In this document: positions 31,446-41,059 of the stretch, one piece after another
Layout of the letters: every line of letters starts with the position of its first letter
Position numbering within the stretch: the stretch's first letter is position 1
Assembly (NCBI GenBank): GCA_002011125.2
Contig: MTMF02000009.1
Coordinates: forward strand, 84,332-148,331
DNA: 64,000 nucleotides
Reading direction: 5' to 3'
Source of the DNA: Candidatus Hydrothermarchaeum profundi
Lineage (GTDB): Archaea > Hydrothermarchaeota > Hydrothermarchaeia > Hydrothermarchaeales > Hydrothermarchaeaceae
Made by a program: the position numbers and the translations under genes
Notes under the pieces: generated by a model
Seen by the model: the letters and a program-made list of their open reading frames with translations, nothing else
Told to the model about the DNA's origin: nothing
Database searches by the model: none

Positions 31446-32741
31446 GTGCCGAAAAGTTTCTCCATGCAACCAATGGTAGTGGCCTCAACCCGGCCAGAAG
31501 TGATAAAGCTTTCTCCGGTTATAAGAGCTCTTGAGAGTTATGGAATAGAGTATTCCTTTGTTACTACCGGCCAACATTATGACTGGAACCTATTCAACGT
31601 GTTTATAAAAGAATTAGATCTGAAAGAGCCTGACTATAACATAAAAGTTGGCTCAGGAACTCAAGCATACCAGACCTCACACGCAATGATAGAGTTAGAG
31701 AATTTGATGTTAAAAACGAGGCCAGACGTGGTTATTGTAGAGGGCGATACAAATTCCGTATTAAGCGCTTCTATCGCCGCCGTTAAAATACATATACCGG
31801 TAGCTCATGTGGAAGCTGGATTGAGAAGCTTTGATAGGACTATGCCTGAAGAAATAAATAGAATTCTAGCTGATCACTGCTCCGAAATATTATTTGCTCC
31901 CACAGAGAAGTCTGGACTGAACCTTCTTAACGAGGGGATACCTCCTAATAAAATACATATAGTGGGTAACACGATTGTGGATGCAACACTTCAGAATCTC
32001 GAACTCGCCAAAAGAAAAAAATCGTCTCAGAAAAAAAGTGACAAAGAATATTTAGTCTTAACTCTACATCGAGCTGAAAATGTTGACCAATATCGAAGGT
32101 TAAAGGGAATAATAGAAGCCCTAGAAAAAATAGAGCTACCTATAATATTCCCTGTACATCCTAGAACTAAAAAAAAGCTGAAAGAGTTCAAACTAAAGCT
32201 TGAAAATATCCGGATGATTGAACCTTTAGGATACCTAAATTTCCTTCTGCTTATGAACGGAGCTAAGCTCATATTGACCGATAGTGGAGGAATACAAGAG
32301 GAAGCAATAACCTTACATATCCCTTGTATTACCCTACGGACTACAACTGAGAGACCAGAAACAGTAGCGGCTGGTGGGAATATCCTCGCGGGAGTTACTC
32401 CTGAAAGGATAATTGATAAAATTAACTCAGTGCTTAAAAATAAGGAATTATATTCTAAGATGAAAAAAACAAAGAACCCTTTCGGTGATGGCACTACAGG
32501 CGAAAAGATAGTATCAATCCTGTCAGATATCTATGAAAGAGGAGAACTTAAAGTAAGTTCCCAAGATTTTACACAGGGATTTTGGGAAAGAAAACTTATA
32601 GCTGTTGACTCTACATTAGCTGGGAAAAAAATAGAGGAGTTGGACTTCGCTGTTATTAAAGTAATCGAAAAAGGAAAAGAAAAATTTCCATACCCGGATC
32701 TTGAATTAAAGGAAGGGCAAATGATTGAAACATTACATTAA
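31446..32741 (+). CDS. wecB: UDP-N-acetylglucosamine 2-epimerase (non-hydrolysing) with a ~65-aa C-terminal extension
   Basis: STRPEVIKLSPV, HVEAGLRSFD, LTDSGGIQEE. The likely true start is the ATG at 31464 (MQPMVVASTRPE). Confidence 0.85.
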   Translation: MPKSFSMQPMVVASTRPEVIKLSPVIRALESYGIEYSFVTTGQHYDWNLFNVFIKELDLKEPDYNIKVGSGTQAYQTSHAMIELENLMLKTRPDVVIVEGDTNSVLSASIAAVKIHIPVAHVEAGLRSFDRTMPEEINRILADHCSEILFAPTEKSGLNLLNEGIPPNKIHIVGNTIVDATLQNLELAKRKKSSQKKSDKEYLVLTLHRAENVDQYRRLKGIIEALEKIELPIIFPVHPRTKKKLKEFKLKLENIRMIEPLGYLNFLLLMNGAKLILTDSGGIQEEAITLHIPCITLRTTTERPETVAAGGNILAGVTPERIIDKINSVLKNKELYSKMKKTKNPFGDGTTGEKIVSILSDIYERGELKVSSQDFTQGFWERKLIAVDSTLAGKKIEELDFAVIKVIEKGKEKFPYPDLELKEGQMIETLH

Positions 32742-33932
32742 GCTCTCTACATCTAAAAATCTTTGAATAACTTCAACTACTCTATCTTTTTTTAATATCT
32801 CAGCTACAAATTCTGAGGGCCTATCTGTATCCCTATACTTTACCATAAGGTCGCTTATTTTCTCTTCTATCGCTACCTCAAAGAGTACATCTAAATCGTC
32901 ATCACTCATAGAGTCAAAAAGTTTCCTCAGGGAAGCATGAACTTTTAACTCATGCCCAATCTCATCCTTCCACTTGCGCTCATATTCCCTGCGTAGAAAA
33001 TTCTCGGAATAGTTTTCATTTTCAAGTGCCTTTACACATGCATTACCCGCTATTTTAGCAGCTATCCCCCCAGTAATCACTCCCCCCCCAGTAGTAGCTT
33101 TTGTATGCCCTGCCGCATCGCCCACTAGTAATACCCTGTCCCTAACTGTTTGAACTGGATAATCAACAGGTATAGCGCCCAAGTTAACCTCTAATATGCT
33201 GCTACTCTGAATCTTATTTTTTGCTATCGGATGGTTTTTTATGAAATTATTCAGATATTCTATAGGCCCTCTACCATCAGCTCTCCCTACACCCACTCCT
33301 ACTTCATAAACATCCCCCTTAGGTAATATCCACCCGTAGAACTCTGGAGCATATGCCCTACCAAAATAAACCTCAGCGATATCATTCTCAATATCAACAT
33401 CATCTACTTCAATCTGCGCTGCAGCAACAATCTTCGATGGAGTTTTTATACCGTTCCATCTTGCGACATTTGACTTCACCCCATCAGCACCTACCAGAAG
33501 TGAAGCCCTAAGGTCGGCTTCTCCTTCAACGCCTTTTACCCTTATATTAACGCCATCCCTAATACTCATTCCCTTTGCCCTGGTTTTAAGTTTTATCTCA
33601 GCGCCTTTTCTCGCCGCTTCCCTAGCTAAGAACTTGTCAAACAATTTTCTTTCCACTACTCTAGCCCTTTCTACGTCAGAATAGGCTGTAATCTCTTTAC
33701 CCGAGGGAGAATAGAATCTGCCTCCTCTAATCGTAGCGGATATTAAATGCGGCTCCAAGTTGAGACCGAGATATTCTAGTCCAGATACACTGAATAAACC
33801 AGAACACTTTGTAGGATACCCTATCTCTTGATGCTCCTCAATAACACATACTTCATATCCCGCACTAGCTACTTCTTTAGCTGTTATTAGCCCTGCAGGA
33901 CCTCCGCCAACTATTATTACATCATAGTTCAT
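32733..33932 (-). CDS. Geranylgeranyl reductase family flavoprotein
   Basis: YDVIIVGGGPAGL, LLVGADGVKS, LVGDAAGHTKATTGGG. Confidence 0.85.
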   Translation of the reverse strand: MNYDVIIVGGGPAGLITAKEVASAGYEVCVIEEHQEIGYPTKCSGLFSVSGLEYLGLNLEPHLISATIRGGRFYSPSGKEITAYSDVERARVVERKLFDKFLAREAARKGAEIKLKTRAKGMSIRDGVNIRVKGVEGEADLRASLLVGADGVKSNVARWNGIKTPSKIVAAAQIEVDDVDIENDIAEVYFGRAYAPEFYGWILPKGDVYEVGVGVGRADGRGPIEYLNNFIKNHPIAKNKIQSSSILEVNLGAIPVDYPVQTVRDRVLLVGDAAGHTKATTGGGVITGGIAAKIAGNACVKALENENYSENFLRREYERKWKDEIGHELKVHASLRKLFDSMSDDDLDVLFEVAIEEKISDLMVKYRDTDRPSEFVAEILKKDRVVEVIQRFLDVESLM

Positions 33933-33973
33933 AATGTGCCACCCAATGAGTTTTTAACAATAGTATATAAAAT

Positions 33974-34771
33974 TTACAGCATAAGTGAAGCTAATGTTAG
34001 AAATCCAAGGCCTATGCAAAAGCTTGAGAAATTTATTTTTTCAGCCACCTTCATAAAAGTATGTATTGTAAAATAGCCAAATGTAAAAGAAGCTACCATC
34101 GCCACAAGCATGCTAATATCTACCACTGTCTTTTTCAATATTAATAACGCCGCTTCTGCCATGAGTACTGCCGGTATACTCATTAAAAAGCTAAGCCTAA
34201 GAGCGGTTTTAGCATTAAATCCCCTAAGTAATAAGGCTGATATAGTTAATCCTGATCTGCTTAAGCCGGGAAATATCGCCAAAGCCTGTAGACTTCCAGC
34301 AAGTATCCCATCGCCAATAGTTGCATTAATCCTATGGCCCAGAAAATCTCTTGAGAATTTTTGAATAAGTCCTGTTATTATCAATAATACTCCTATTAGA
34401 GCTGTAGCATAATTTGAGGAAAACTCTACTTTTTCAATCCCAAAAATGAATATCGGCAACCCTAAAATGCCTGTAAAAAAAGTAGAAACAATAAGAAAGC
34501 TTATCAGCCTACTTTCTTCGGTAGGTGCTCCTCGTATATCATTCAAGTAATTTCCAGCACTACTTATAAGCCTTATAAGGTCACTCTTGAAGTATAGTGT
34601 AGCAGCTAAAAGCGTGCCCGTATGCAACCAAAGAGAAAATGTAACTGCCTCTGAAAACGGTTTTGAGAAAAAATTTATGAGAACTAATGATATCACTCCC
34701 TCACTACTAATAGGCAACCACTCGGTTATCCCTTGTATGACTCCCACTATAAGCGCTTCTAATAACTCCAT
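33974..34771 (-). CDS. uppP: Undecaprenyl-diphosphate phosphatase
   Basis: VIQGITEWLPISSEG and PGLSRSG motifs, polytopic membrane protein. Confidence 0.9.
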   Translation of the reverse strand: MELLEALIVGVIQGITEWLPISSEGVISLVLINFFSKPFSEAVTFSLWLHTGTLLAATLYFKSDLIRLISSAGNYLNDIRGAPTEESRLISFLIVSTFFTGILGLPIFIFGIEKVEFSSNYATALIGVLLIITGLIQKFSRDFLGHRINATIGDGILAGSLQALAIFPGLSRSGLTISALLLRGFNAKTALRLSFLMSIPAVLMAEAALLILKKTVVDISMLVAMVASFTFGYFTIHTFMKVAEKINFSSFCIGLGFLTLASLML

Positions 34772-34853
34772 GGGCTCCTTATAAATCCTGAGAATTAAAA
34801 AAACTATTGTAGGAAGTTAAATTATAAAAAGCAAGAACCTATAAGGCATACGT

Positions 34854-35450
34854 ATGGAGCTACTATATCTTCTTAGAATTCTCTTAGGCTTCTTTTTTGT
34901 CATGTTTATACCCGGATTTGTGCTAACTCTTGCATTATGGCCTATTACCAGGCGGGAGGTGTATGAAGAGATCCTGAAGATATTAGAAGAAAAAAACCCA
35001 TCAGAAGTCTGTTTTATTGGAAGTCAAGAGGAATATGAGGACCTACTGGATATTGTAAAAAGTAAATACAAATTGAAGATATATGACACAAGAAGTGAAA
35101 AAATTGAAACCTCGGTAGATGAAGTAGAGAGTGCTGACACACTAATTGTAACTGAAAAGTCATCAGAAGTTAAAATCACTCCTGATAAAACAATTATTGA
35201 TTTAACTGGAGGCATCTCTAATGCGATATCAATAGAAGACTCTATAGATACCCTTGAAAGAATAACCTTAAGCTTTGGATTAAGTATTGCTCTAGTGCCT
35301 CTCATAGGGCTTATACTTAACTATACGCCCTTTGGCATACGTTTCAAAAGTGTTTTAGTATCTCTTATATTAGTTATAGGTATCCTACTTGGAGTATACT
35401 ATTATAGGAGGAAAGGATGGAGTACAAGCAAGTTATCGCAGTCAGACTAG
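34854..35450 (+). CDS. Hypothetical membrane protein (DUF1616-like N-terminus)
   Basis: LLGFFFVMFIPGFVLTLALWP resembles the start of archaeal DUF1616 proteins. Two C-terminal TM helices follow. Confidence 0.45.
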   Translation: MELLYLLRILLGFFFVMFIPGFVLTLALWPITRREVYEEILKILEEKNPSEVCFIGSQEEYEDLLDIVKSKYKLKIYDTRSEKIETSVDEVESADTLIVTEKSSEVKITPDKTIIDLTGGISNAISIEDSIDTLERITLSFGLSIALVPLIGLILNYTPFGIRFKSVLVSLILVIGILLGVYYYRRKGWSTSKLSQSD

Positions 35451-35773
35451 ATCTAAAAATGAGCAGGGGTAAAACTTGCTCTCAAGTAGCACATGCTTCT
35501 CTTGGAAGCGCAGAAATTGCGATGGAAAGAAAACAAGAGTGGTATAAAGCCTGGAAGAGAGAAGGCCAAAAGAAAGTTGTAGTAGAAGTTAAAGGGGAGA
35601 AGGAACTCTTTCAACTGTTGGAATCTTCGAGGGGATTAGATCTCCCCTGTTATTTAGTGGAAGATGCTGGATTAACAGAGCTTGAACCTGGCACAACTAC
35701 TTCAATTGGGATAGGACCTGCCCCAAATGATCTTATCGATAAAGTAACAGGCCATCTAAGATTACTAAAATGA
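35417..35773 (+). CDS. pth2: Peptidyl-tRNA hydrolase, archaeal type
   Basis: KQVIAVRLDLKMSRGKTCSQVAHAS ... VEDAGLTELEPGTTT. Confidence 0.9.
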   Translation: MEYKQVIAVRLDLKMSRGKTCSQVAHASLGSAEIAMERKQEWYKAWKREGQKKVVVEVKGEKELFQLLESSRGLDLPCYLVEDAGLTELEPGTTTSIGIGPAPNDLIDKVTGHLRLLK

Positions 35774-36960
35774 AAAGTCCTTTCGTCCTTGATCAAGAAG
35801 TTGGTTTAGAATTTTTCATAACAGATACAAAAGGAATTGGAGGAAAATTAAGAACTATAGTTGAAGATTTCTGCGTAGAGGAAATTCCCAAAAAAATTGA
35901 AGAAGACACAAATGGAGAGTATACCTATTTTATTCTAGAGAAAAAAAACTGGGAAACCCATAGGGCAATAAAAGCTATCTCTCGCGCTTTACGCGTTTCA
36001 TATAAGCGCTTTGGTTTTGCCGGAACAAAAGATAAAAGAGCATTAAGTAGGCAGTGGGTGTCCGCATGGCGCATTGATATTAAGAAGCTAGAGGAAATCA
36101 ACATCAAAGATATAAAACTATATAATTTTAAAAAAGCAAGAGGAAGAATAACTCTAGGAAATGCCTTTGGAAATCGTTTTATGATAACTATAAGAGATAT
36201 AAATTTAAGTGGAGAAGAAGTTGATAAGAGACTGCGCGAAACCTCTGCCGAACTAACTGAGAAAGGTATACCAAATTACTTTGGCTATCAAAGATTTGGA
36301 ATAATAAGACCAAATACCCATTTGGTCGGTAGAGAGATAGTTAAAGGAAATCTTAAAGAAGCTGTTATTAATTATCTTGGAAAACCATGCGAGGGGGAGA
36401 GGGAGGACGCATATCGCGCGAGACAATTTCTTGAAGATACCCTAGACTTTAAGAAGGCTCTTAAGCTATTTCCAAAGCGGCTGGATTACGAAAGATCAAT
36501 GTTAGATGCCCTTTTAAAGAATCCTAATGACTATGCAGGCGCACTAAGGAGACTTCCAAAAAAACTTAGATGGATGCTCGTTCATGCCTATCAAAGCTAT
36601 CTTTTTAACAAGATTTTAAGCAAAATAATAGAGAGAGGATTAAACATAAAAGAGCGAAAGATACCTCTCTTCGGGTATGAAAGCTCCTTTAGTGATGGAG
36701 AACAAGGAGAAATAGAAAAATCTGTGCTTAAAGAAGAAGATGTTAAACCAGGTGATTTTCTAATTAAATCTCTTCCAGAACTTAGTTCTAAAGGAAGCTT
36801 AAGAGATGCTTGCATTAGTACTTCATCAAAGTTCTATGTAGGCGATGATGAAATAAATAAACAAAGACTTAAAGCAACCTTAGAATTCATGCTACCCCCT
36901 GGGTGTTATGCGACAGTAGTTTTAAGAGAATTCATGAAGATTGACCCAATAAATTACTGA
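35770..36960 (+). CDS. truD: tRNA pseudouridine synthase TruD/Pus7
   Basis: FGFAGTKDKRA catalytic motif and NYFGYQRFG. ATGA overlap with pth2. Confidence 0.9.
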   Translation: MKSPFVLDQEVGLEFFITDTKGIGGKLRTIVEDFCVEEIPKKIEEDTNGEYTYFILEKKNWETHRAIKAISRALRVSYKRFGFAGTKDKRALSRQWVSAWRIDIKKLEEINIKDIKLYNFKKARGRITLGNAFGNRFMITIRDINLSGEEVDKRLRETSAELTEKGIPNYFGYQRFGIIRPNTHLVGREIVKGNLKEAVINYLGKPCEGEREDAYRARQFLEDTLDFKKALKLFPKRLDYERSMLDALLKNPNDYAGALRRLPKKLRWMLVHAYQSYLFNKILSKIIERGLNIKERKIPLFGYESSFSDGEQGEIEKSVLKEEDVKPGDFLIKSLPELSSKGSLRDACISTSSKFYVGDDEINKQRLKATLEFMLPPGCYATVVLREFMKIDPINY

Positions 36961-37924
36961 TCTCCCTTTCTATTATCTCAAATGGGTCTTGAAGAGTATT
37001 AATAATAGAAGTTGCCTTATTTCTTATTTCATTTTTAGAATCCCAGAGGGATTCCACTAAACTCGCTATTTCCTTTATTTCAGTAGAATGATAGAGGAGT
37101 CCCTTTTCAATCAAAAATCTATCAACACCAAGCAGATCCTGTGGATAGAAGGAAATCGTAGGCGTTCCCAACAAAGCCGATTCTCTGTTCATAGTACCTC
37201 CCCCACTTAGGACAACCCTCGAATAATAAATAAGGCTCAAAGTATCTATATTTCTAAGATTAAGTACTCCTTTATATTCAATGTCCCGGGGAATAACAAC
37301 GACTTGCAAGCTTTTCTCTTGTAGAGTCTCTATAAGCTTCTCGGTAATCTTTCTACCGTAGAAATAGGAGGCTAAATAAGGCTCAGGCCTGATAAGCACA
37401 TAATCATCAACTCCATACTTCTCAAGAATTTTTTCATCTGGCTTAAAATTCCTGATATGAGCCAGCTCACAAAGCCCATTAAACTCTACAATATTCTCCG
37501 GGATAGCCCCCTGAGATATTAGCTTTTTTTTATCTACAGCAAATGGTACGACTATTTTATCGCACAAAGACAAAGAAAGTCTGTTCTGCTTCTCCGCGTA
37601 CTCATTGTCTACAACATGAATTGCAGGTACTCCTAAACCAAAGGCGACTCTAGGTAACTCTACGCTTTGCTTTGAAATCGCTGCTTTTATATTTTCCTTG
37701 GACACTATTTCAGCAAGTCCTGAGATTCTCTTAGCGCTCTCTATCAGTTTCTTCTTAGGATCATTCCCCCCATGAAACCCGATACATATATACTCGATGC
37801 CATGTGAATCAAGAAGATCTGTTAATGACCCAAATTCACGAGTAGTGACTAATACTTCATGCCTTTTAATAAAATCCTTAAAGAAAAGAATATGCGGCTG
37901 ATTTGTAATATCCACCCAAATCAT
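36932..37924 (-). CDS. DUF354-family protein (glycosyltransferase/epimerase-like fold)
   Basis: MIWVDITNQPHILFFKDFIKR... matches the DUF354 N-terminal pattern as I recall it. Confidence 0.55.
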   Translation of the reverse strand: MIWVDITNQPHILFFKDFIKRHEVLVTTREFGSLTDLLDSHGIEYICIGFHGGNDPKKKLIESAKRISGLAEIVSKENIKAAISKQSVELPRVAFGLGVPAIHVVDNEYAEKQNRLSLSLCDKIVVPFAVDKKKLISQGAIPENIVEFNGLCELAHIRNFKPDEKILEKYGVDDYVLIRPEPYLASYFYGRKITEKLIETLQEKSLQVVVIPRDIEYKGVLNLRNIDTLSLIYYSRVVLSGGGTMNRESALLGTPTISFYPQDLLGVDRFLIEKGLLYHSTEIKEIASLVESLWDSKNEIRNKATSIINTLQDPFEIIEREISNLLGQSS

Positions 37925-37978
37925 ATAACGCGAGTTGGTTCAGTATTAGATATAAATTTTCTCTCTTTATGCTTTATT

Positions 37979-39226
37979 CTAAAAAATACCTTTTCTAGCA
38001 ATATTTAGCATTTCAAAAGAAAAAATTAGCGCAGAAAGAAAGAAGACTAACGCAGAGGCTTTCATAATTGGTACAGAGATTAATGAGCCTAAAAAAAGTC
38101 CTACGATACCAATATTAGCTAGTATAAATATAACCCACGAAAGCCTCTCACTGTAAAGTTCTTTAAAGTTAGAAGGAAGAGACTTAACTTTCTTCTCGGC
38201 CATATTGGCCCAAGTCAACATCGGTATAAGGTGATACATTCCACCGAATATCGTCAAACTTACCCAGCCAAGCATCGCTAGATGAACATGTCCAAAGGAT
38301 AGCTCTCTTAAAATATCTCGATTGAGAAGCATTACAAGACCTACTATTACGACTGCAAGGAAGTATAATATCGCCGCTTCAAGGAACTTCGCCTCTGTGG
38401 ATGTAACCTTCATTTTCATTTTTGATTCTCCAGAGGCTGTTTTGTACATGAGATAGGTAAAAAGAAGCGTTCCTATTATTACTATAATGGCAAAGATAAT
38501 TGTAGTTACTCCAAACCCTGTTGCTATAAGACTTAAAAAGAAACCTACTACTCCAGCGTTGAAGACCCAGAAGACCTGCCTTACTAGACGTTCACTATAA
38601 ATATCCTTCATAACCACCATAGGAAGCATCCAAGACATAGCCCCAATAATGATAACTGATATCCAGCCGAGTGCACCAATATGAGCATGAGAAGCTATTA
38701 GCTTAGAACTTGAAGGTAATATTCTCCAAAGCTCAAGGATTTCCATCCTCATTAGCACTATTATTAACCCTAACGTGCTACCGAGAACTAAGTATACTAC
38801 CGACATAACGTAAAACCAGAGAGTGAACGTCCATGCTCTCTTGTTTTTTACTGTGAGAAAAATATTAGCAGCAAAAGCGTAAACCGCTATAAGTAAAAAA
38901 AGAGAAAAAAGTAGGGTAAAAGGCTCAAACCCGTATGTTGTAATCCCAACTACAAAGCCTATTAGCCCCAGATTTAACATCCAGAAAGATATTTCTCCAA
39001 GAATCTTACTATAAAGATCAGCGCTCGTAAACGTCGGTACCTGCTGATACATTGTGCCGATTATAGTCGCTGAAACGAATCCAAGTAAGGCAATATGTGC
39101 ATGAGATACAATAACATCTCTGGTAATAGGGAATACTTGAAAAAGCATCCCTATACCTAGCGTACACGCCGCTAAGAAATAGACTACAGCTGTAATTAGA
39201 AATCTGAGGCTAAGCTTTCTAGTCAT
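37979..39226 (-). CDS. 12-TM membrane protein made of three tandem 4-TM repeats, each with an HxH motif (possibly distant NnrS / haem-copper-oxidase-like); last gene of the nor operon
   Basis: 415 aa. SHAHIALLGFVS (H42/H44), SHAHIGALGWIS (H180/H182) and GHVHLAMLGWVS (H313/H315) are each followed about 25 residues later by YS(K/E)(I/R)L and a small-residue helix (NLGLIGF / NAGVVGF / NIGIVGLF). The start lies 13 nt downstream of the preceding mini-ORF. Confidence 0.6.
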   Translation of the reverse strand: MTRKLSLRFLITAVVYFLAACTLGIGMLFQVFPITRDVIVSHAHIALLGFVSATIIGTMYQQVPTFTSADLYSKILGEISFWMLNLGLIGFVVGITTYGFEPFTLLFSLFLLIAVYAFAANIFLTVKNKRAWTFTLWFYVMSVVYLVLGSTLGLIIVLMRMEILELWRILPSSSKLIASHAHIGALGWISVIIIGAMSWMLPMVVMKDIYSERLVRQVFWVFNAGVVGFFLSLIATGFGVTTIIFAIIVIIGTLLFTYLMYKTASGESKMKMKVTSTEAKFLEAAILYFLAVVIVGLVMLLNRDILRELSFGHVHLAMLGWVSLTIFGGMYHLIPMLTWANMAEKKVKSLPSNFKELYSERLSWVIFILANIGIVGLFLGSLISVPIMKASALVFFLSALIFSFEMLNIARKGIF

Positions 39227-39239
39227 ATTTTACTCCTAT

Positions 39240-39356
39240 TCACCCATGTATGAACATTGGCAAACATCGGACACAAACATAGTCTTCTTTACCCTTATAG
39301 TAGAATTTAAGGATTTTTACTTCATCATCCGTTCTCTTACAGTTTGAACATTCCAT
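39240..39356 (-). CDS. 38-aa CxxC...CxxC zinc-ribbon mini-protein, not in the ORF track
   Basis: My translation: MECSNCKRTDDEVKILKFYYKGKEDYVCVRCLPMFIHG. It fits the operon exactly, 19 nt after the cupin stop and 13 nt before the next start. Confidence 0.5.
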   Translation of the reverse strand: MECSNCKRTDDEVKILKFYYKGKEDYVCVRCLPMFIHG

Positions 39357-39375
39357 TTCATATCCTCCTTTTTGT

Positions 39376-39690
39376 TTATATTGGTGGAGCAATACCCACC
39401 AGTACCTTCATCCTCGTTTTAGCTCTAATACCGTGTGGTTCACTTACAGGGGATACAAGAAGAGAGCCCCTCTTGGCGGGTATATCCTTTTCCCCACCAA
39501 TAAAAGAGCCTTCGCCTTCTAGTACGCAGAGAAATACTTCTGAATCCACATCGTGAGAGTGCACCGGAAGCTCTTGCCCTGGCTCGAAACAAAATAGGAT
39601 AAGTCTCATATTGTAGGAGTCATGGACAAAGTCCAGCCAATACTTATCCTTTTTGAATTTTGCTACTTCTTCGAGTTCTATTTTTTTCAT
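39376..39690 (-). CDS. Metal-binding cupin-domain protein
   Basis: Cupin motif 1 is PVHSHDVDSEVFLCVLEGEG (HxH-x4-E). Motif 2 is GSLLVSPVSEPHGI. It starts 13 nt downstream of norB. Confidence 0.8.
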   Translation of the reverse strand: MKKIELEEVAKFKKDKYWLDFVHDSYNMRLILFCFEPGQELPVHSHDVDSEVFLCVLEGEGSFIGGEKDIPAKRGSLLVSPVSEPHGIRAKTRMKVLVGIAPPI

Positions 39691-39703
39691 TAAATCACCT
39701 GCA

Positions 39704-41059
39704 TTACATCTTGGGTCTTAACGTCAGTAGGTCTGTCACAGTTCTCAAGACTCCTATAAAGAACACTATCCCTATGCCTATGACGGCCTTGAACCAGAAC
39801 TGCATCTGAGCTTGTGCTGTCATATATCCAAGTCCTAGCACTCTTTCAAGGTAAGTCTGTAAAATGCCCGCTCCACTGAAAGCTAGTCCTATTCCAGTCA
39901 TGCTGAATATCATTATCCAAAAGCCTAGTTTACCTCTACTATCATCGTAGATTCTGTATCCTTTAATCTCCGGTATAGCGAAGTAGAAGAACATCAAATT
40001 AAACAAAGCATATGCCCCAAAGAAAGCCAAGTGCCCATGTGCTACCGTAACTTGGCTACCGTGAGTATAGTAGTTAATCTGAGGTAAAGTATGCATGAAA
40101 CCCCAAATACCTGCTCCAATGAAGTGGTATAAAGCTCCACCTCCCATGTAGGTCCAAGCTAGAGGGTTGACAAGCTCCATCTTCCTCTCTCTAGTCCACT
40201 TAAATACATCGATCACCATAAGCAGAATTGGCAAAGGCTCCAATGCGCTGAAGACTCCTCCAACATATAGCCAGTACCGAGGGGCTCCAAGCCAATAGTA
40301 GTGATGACCCGTTCCTGCAATACCTGTAAATAAGAATAAACCGATCTCTATGTAGAGCCATTTTTCAACAACCTCTTTGTTAACTCCAGTCAACTTTATA
40401 AGCGCAAATGCCGTGAGTGATGCCACCACAAGCTCCCAAGCGCCTTCAACCCATAGATGGATTACCCACCACCAGTAGTACCAGTCTATGGTTTCATTTT
40501 CATAAACAGGTATCCCGAAGAGATACAGTAAGGAAAGGGTAATCAGTCCGGTTAATAGCATTGCCTGGGTAACGGTCCAATGTTCGCCTTTTAAAATAGT
40601 CATCCCCACATTGAATAAGAAAATTAGTGCACCTACTACCACAAGTAAGTCTAGCCATCTAGGTATCTCAAGAAGAGGTCTACCCTGATTGAAATTGAAC
40701 CAGGGATTATCAATGGTTATTCCCATGCCATTTATGAATATAGTTACTAATGCAGTTACGCCGACTAATACTAACGCTGCGAGTTGTATATACGCAAGCT
40801 TCTTACTATAGAGTTCTCTTTTCGATTCCTCTGGGATCATGTAGTATGTAGCACCCATAAAACCCAGAAGAGACCAGAGCACCAATAGATTAGTATGAAA
40901 TGCTCTTGCGGTTGAGAATGGAAATACGTTCACTAGCCATTGAGGCAGAGTAAAGGCATAGTTTGTCGCTAGCCATAACCCCATTACCACTTGTAGAACG
41001 AACAATAATAAAGCGACAACAAAATAAGGATAGGCGATCTTTTGGCTTTCGTATTTCAT
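39704..41059 (-). CDS. norB: Nitric oxide reductase catalytic subunit NorB (cNOR type)
   Basis: 451 aa, 12 TM, collinear with bacterial NorB as I remember it. Motifs: WWWVIHLWVEGAWE (FeB His/Glu), GTGHHYYW (FeB His pair), AHGHLAFFGAY (haem b3 / haem b ligands), ARAFHTNLL (haem b ligand). Confidence 0.93.
   Translation of the reverse strand: MKYESQKIAYPYFVVALLLFVLQVVMGLWLATNYAFTLPQWLVNVFPFSTARAFHTNLLVLWSLLGFMGATYYMIPEESKRELYSKKLAYIQLAALVLVGVTALVTIFINGMGITIDNPWFNFNQGRPLLEIPRWLDLLVVVGALIFLFNVGMTILKGEHWTVTQAMLLTGLITLSLLYLFGIPVYENETIDWYYWWWVIHLWVEGAWELVVASLTAFALIKLTGVNKEVVEKWLYIEIGLFLFTGIAGTGHHYYWLGAPRYWLYVGGVFSALEPLPILLMVIDVFKWTRERKMELVNPLAWTYMGGGALYHFIGAGIWGFMHTLPQINYYTHGSQVTVAHGHLAFFGAYALFNLMFFYFAIPEIKGYRIYDDSRGKLGFWIMIFSMTGIGLAFSGAGILQTYLERVLGLGYMTAQAQMQFWFKAVIGIGIVFFIGVLRTVTDLLTLRPKM

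Noticed and set aside
39344-39556. 70-aa plus-strand ORF in the nor operon.
   Set aside because: It is antisense to the cupin gene, which has both cupin motifs intact, and has no independent signal.
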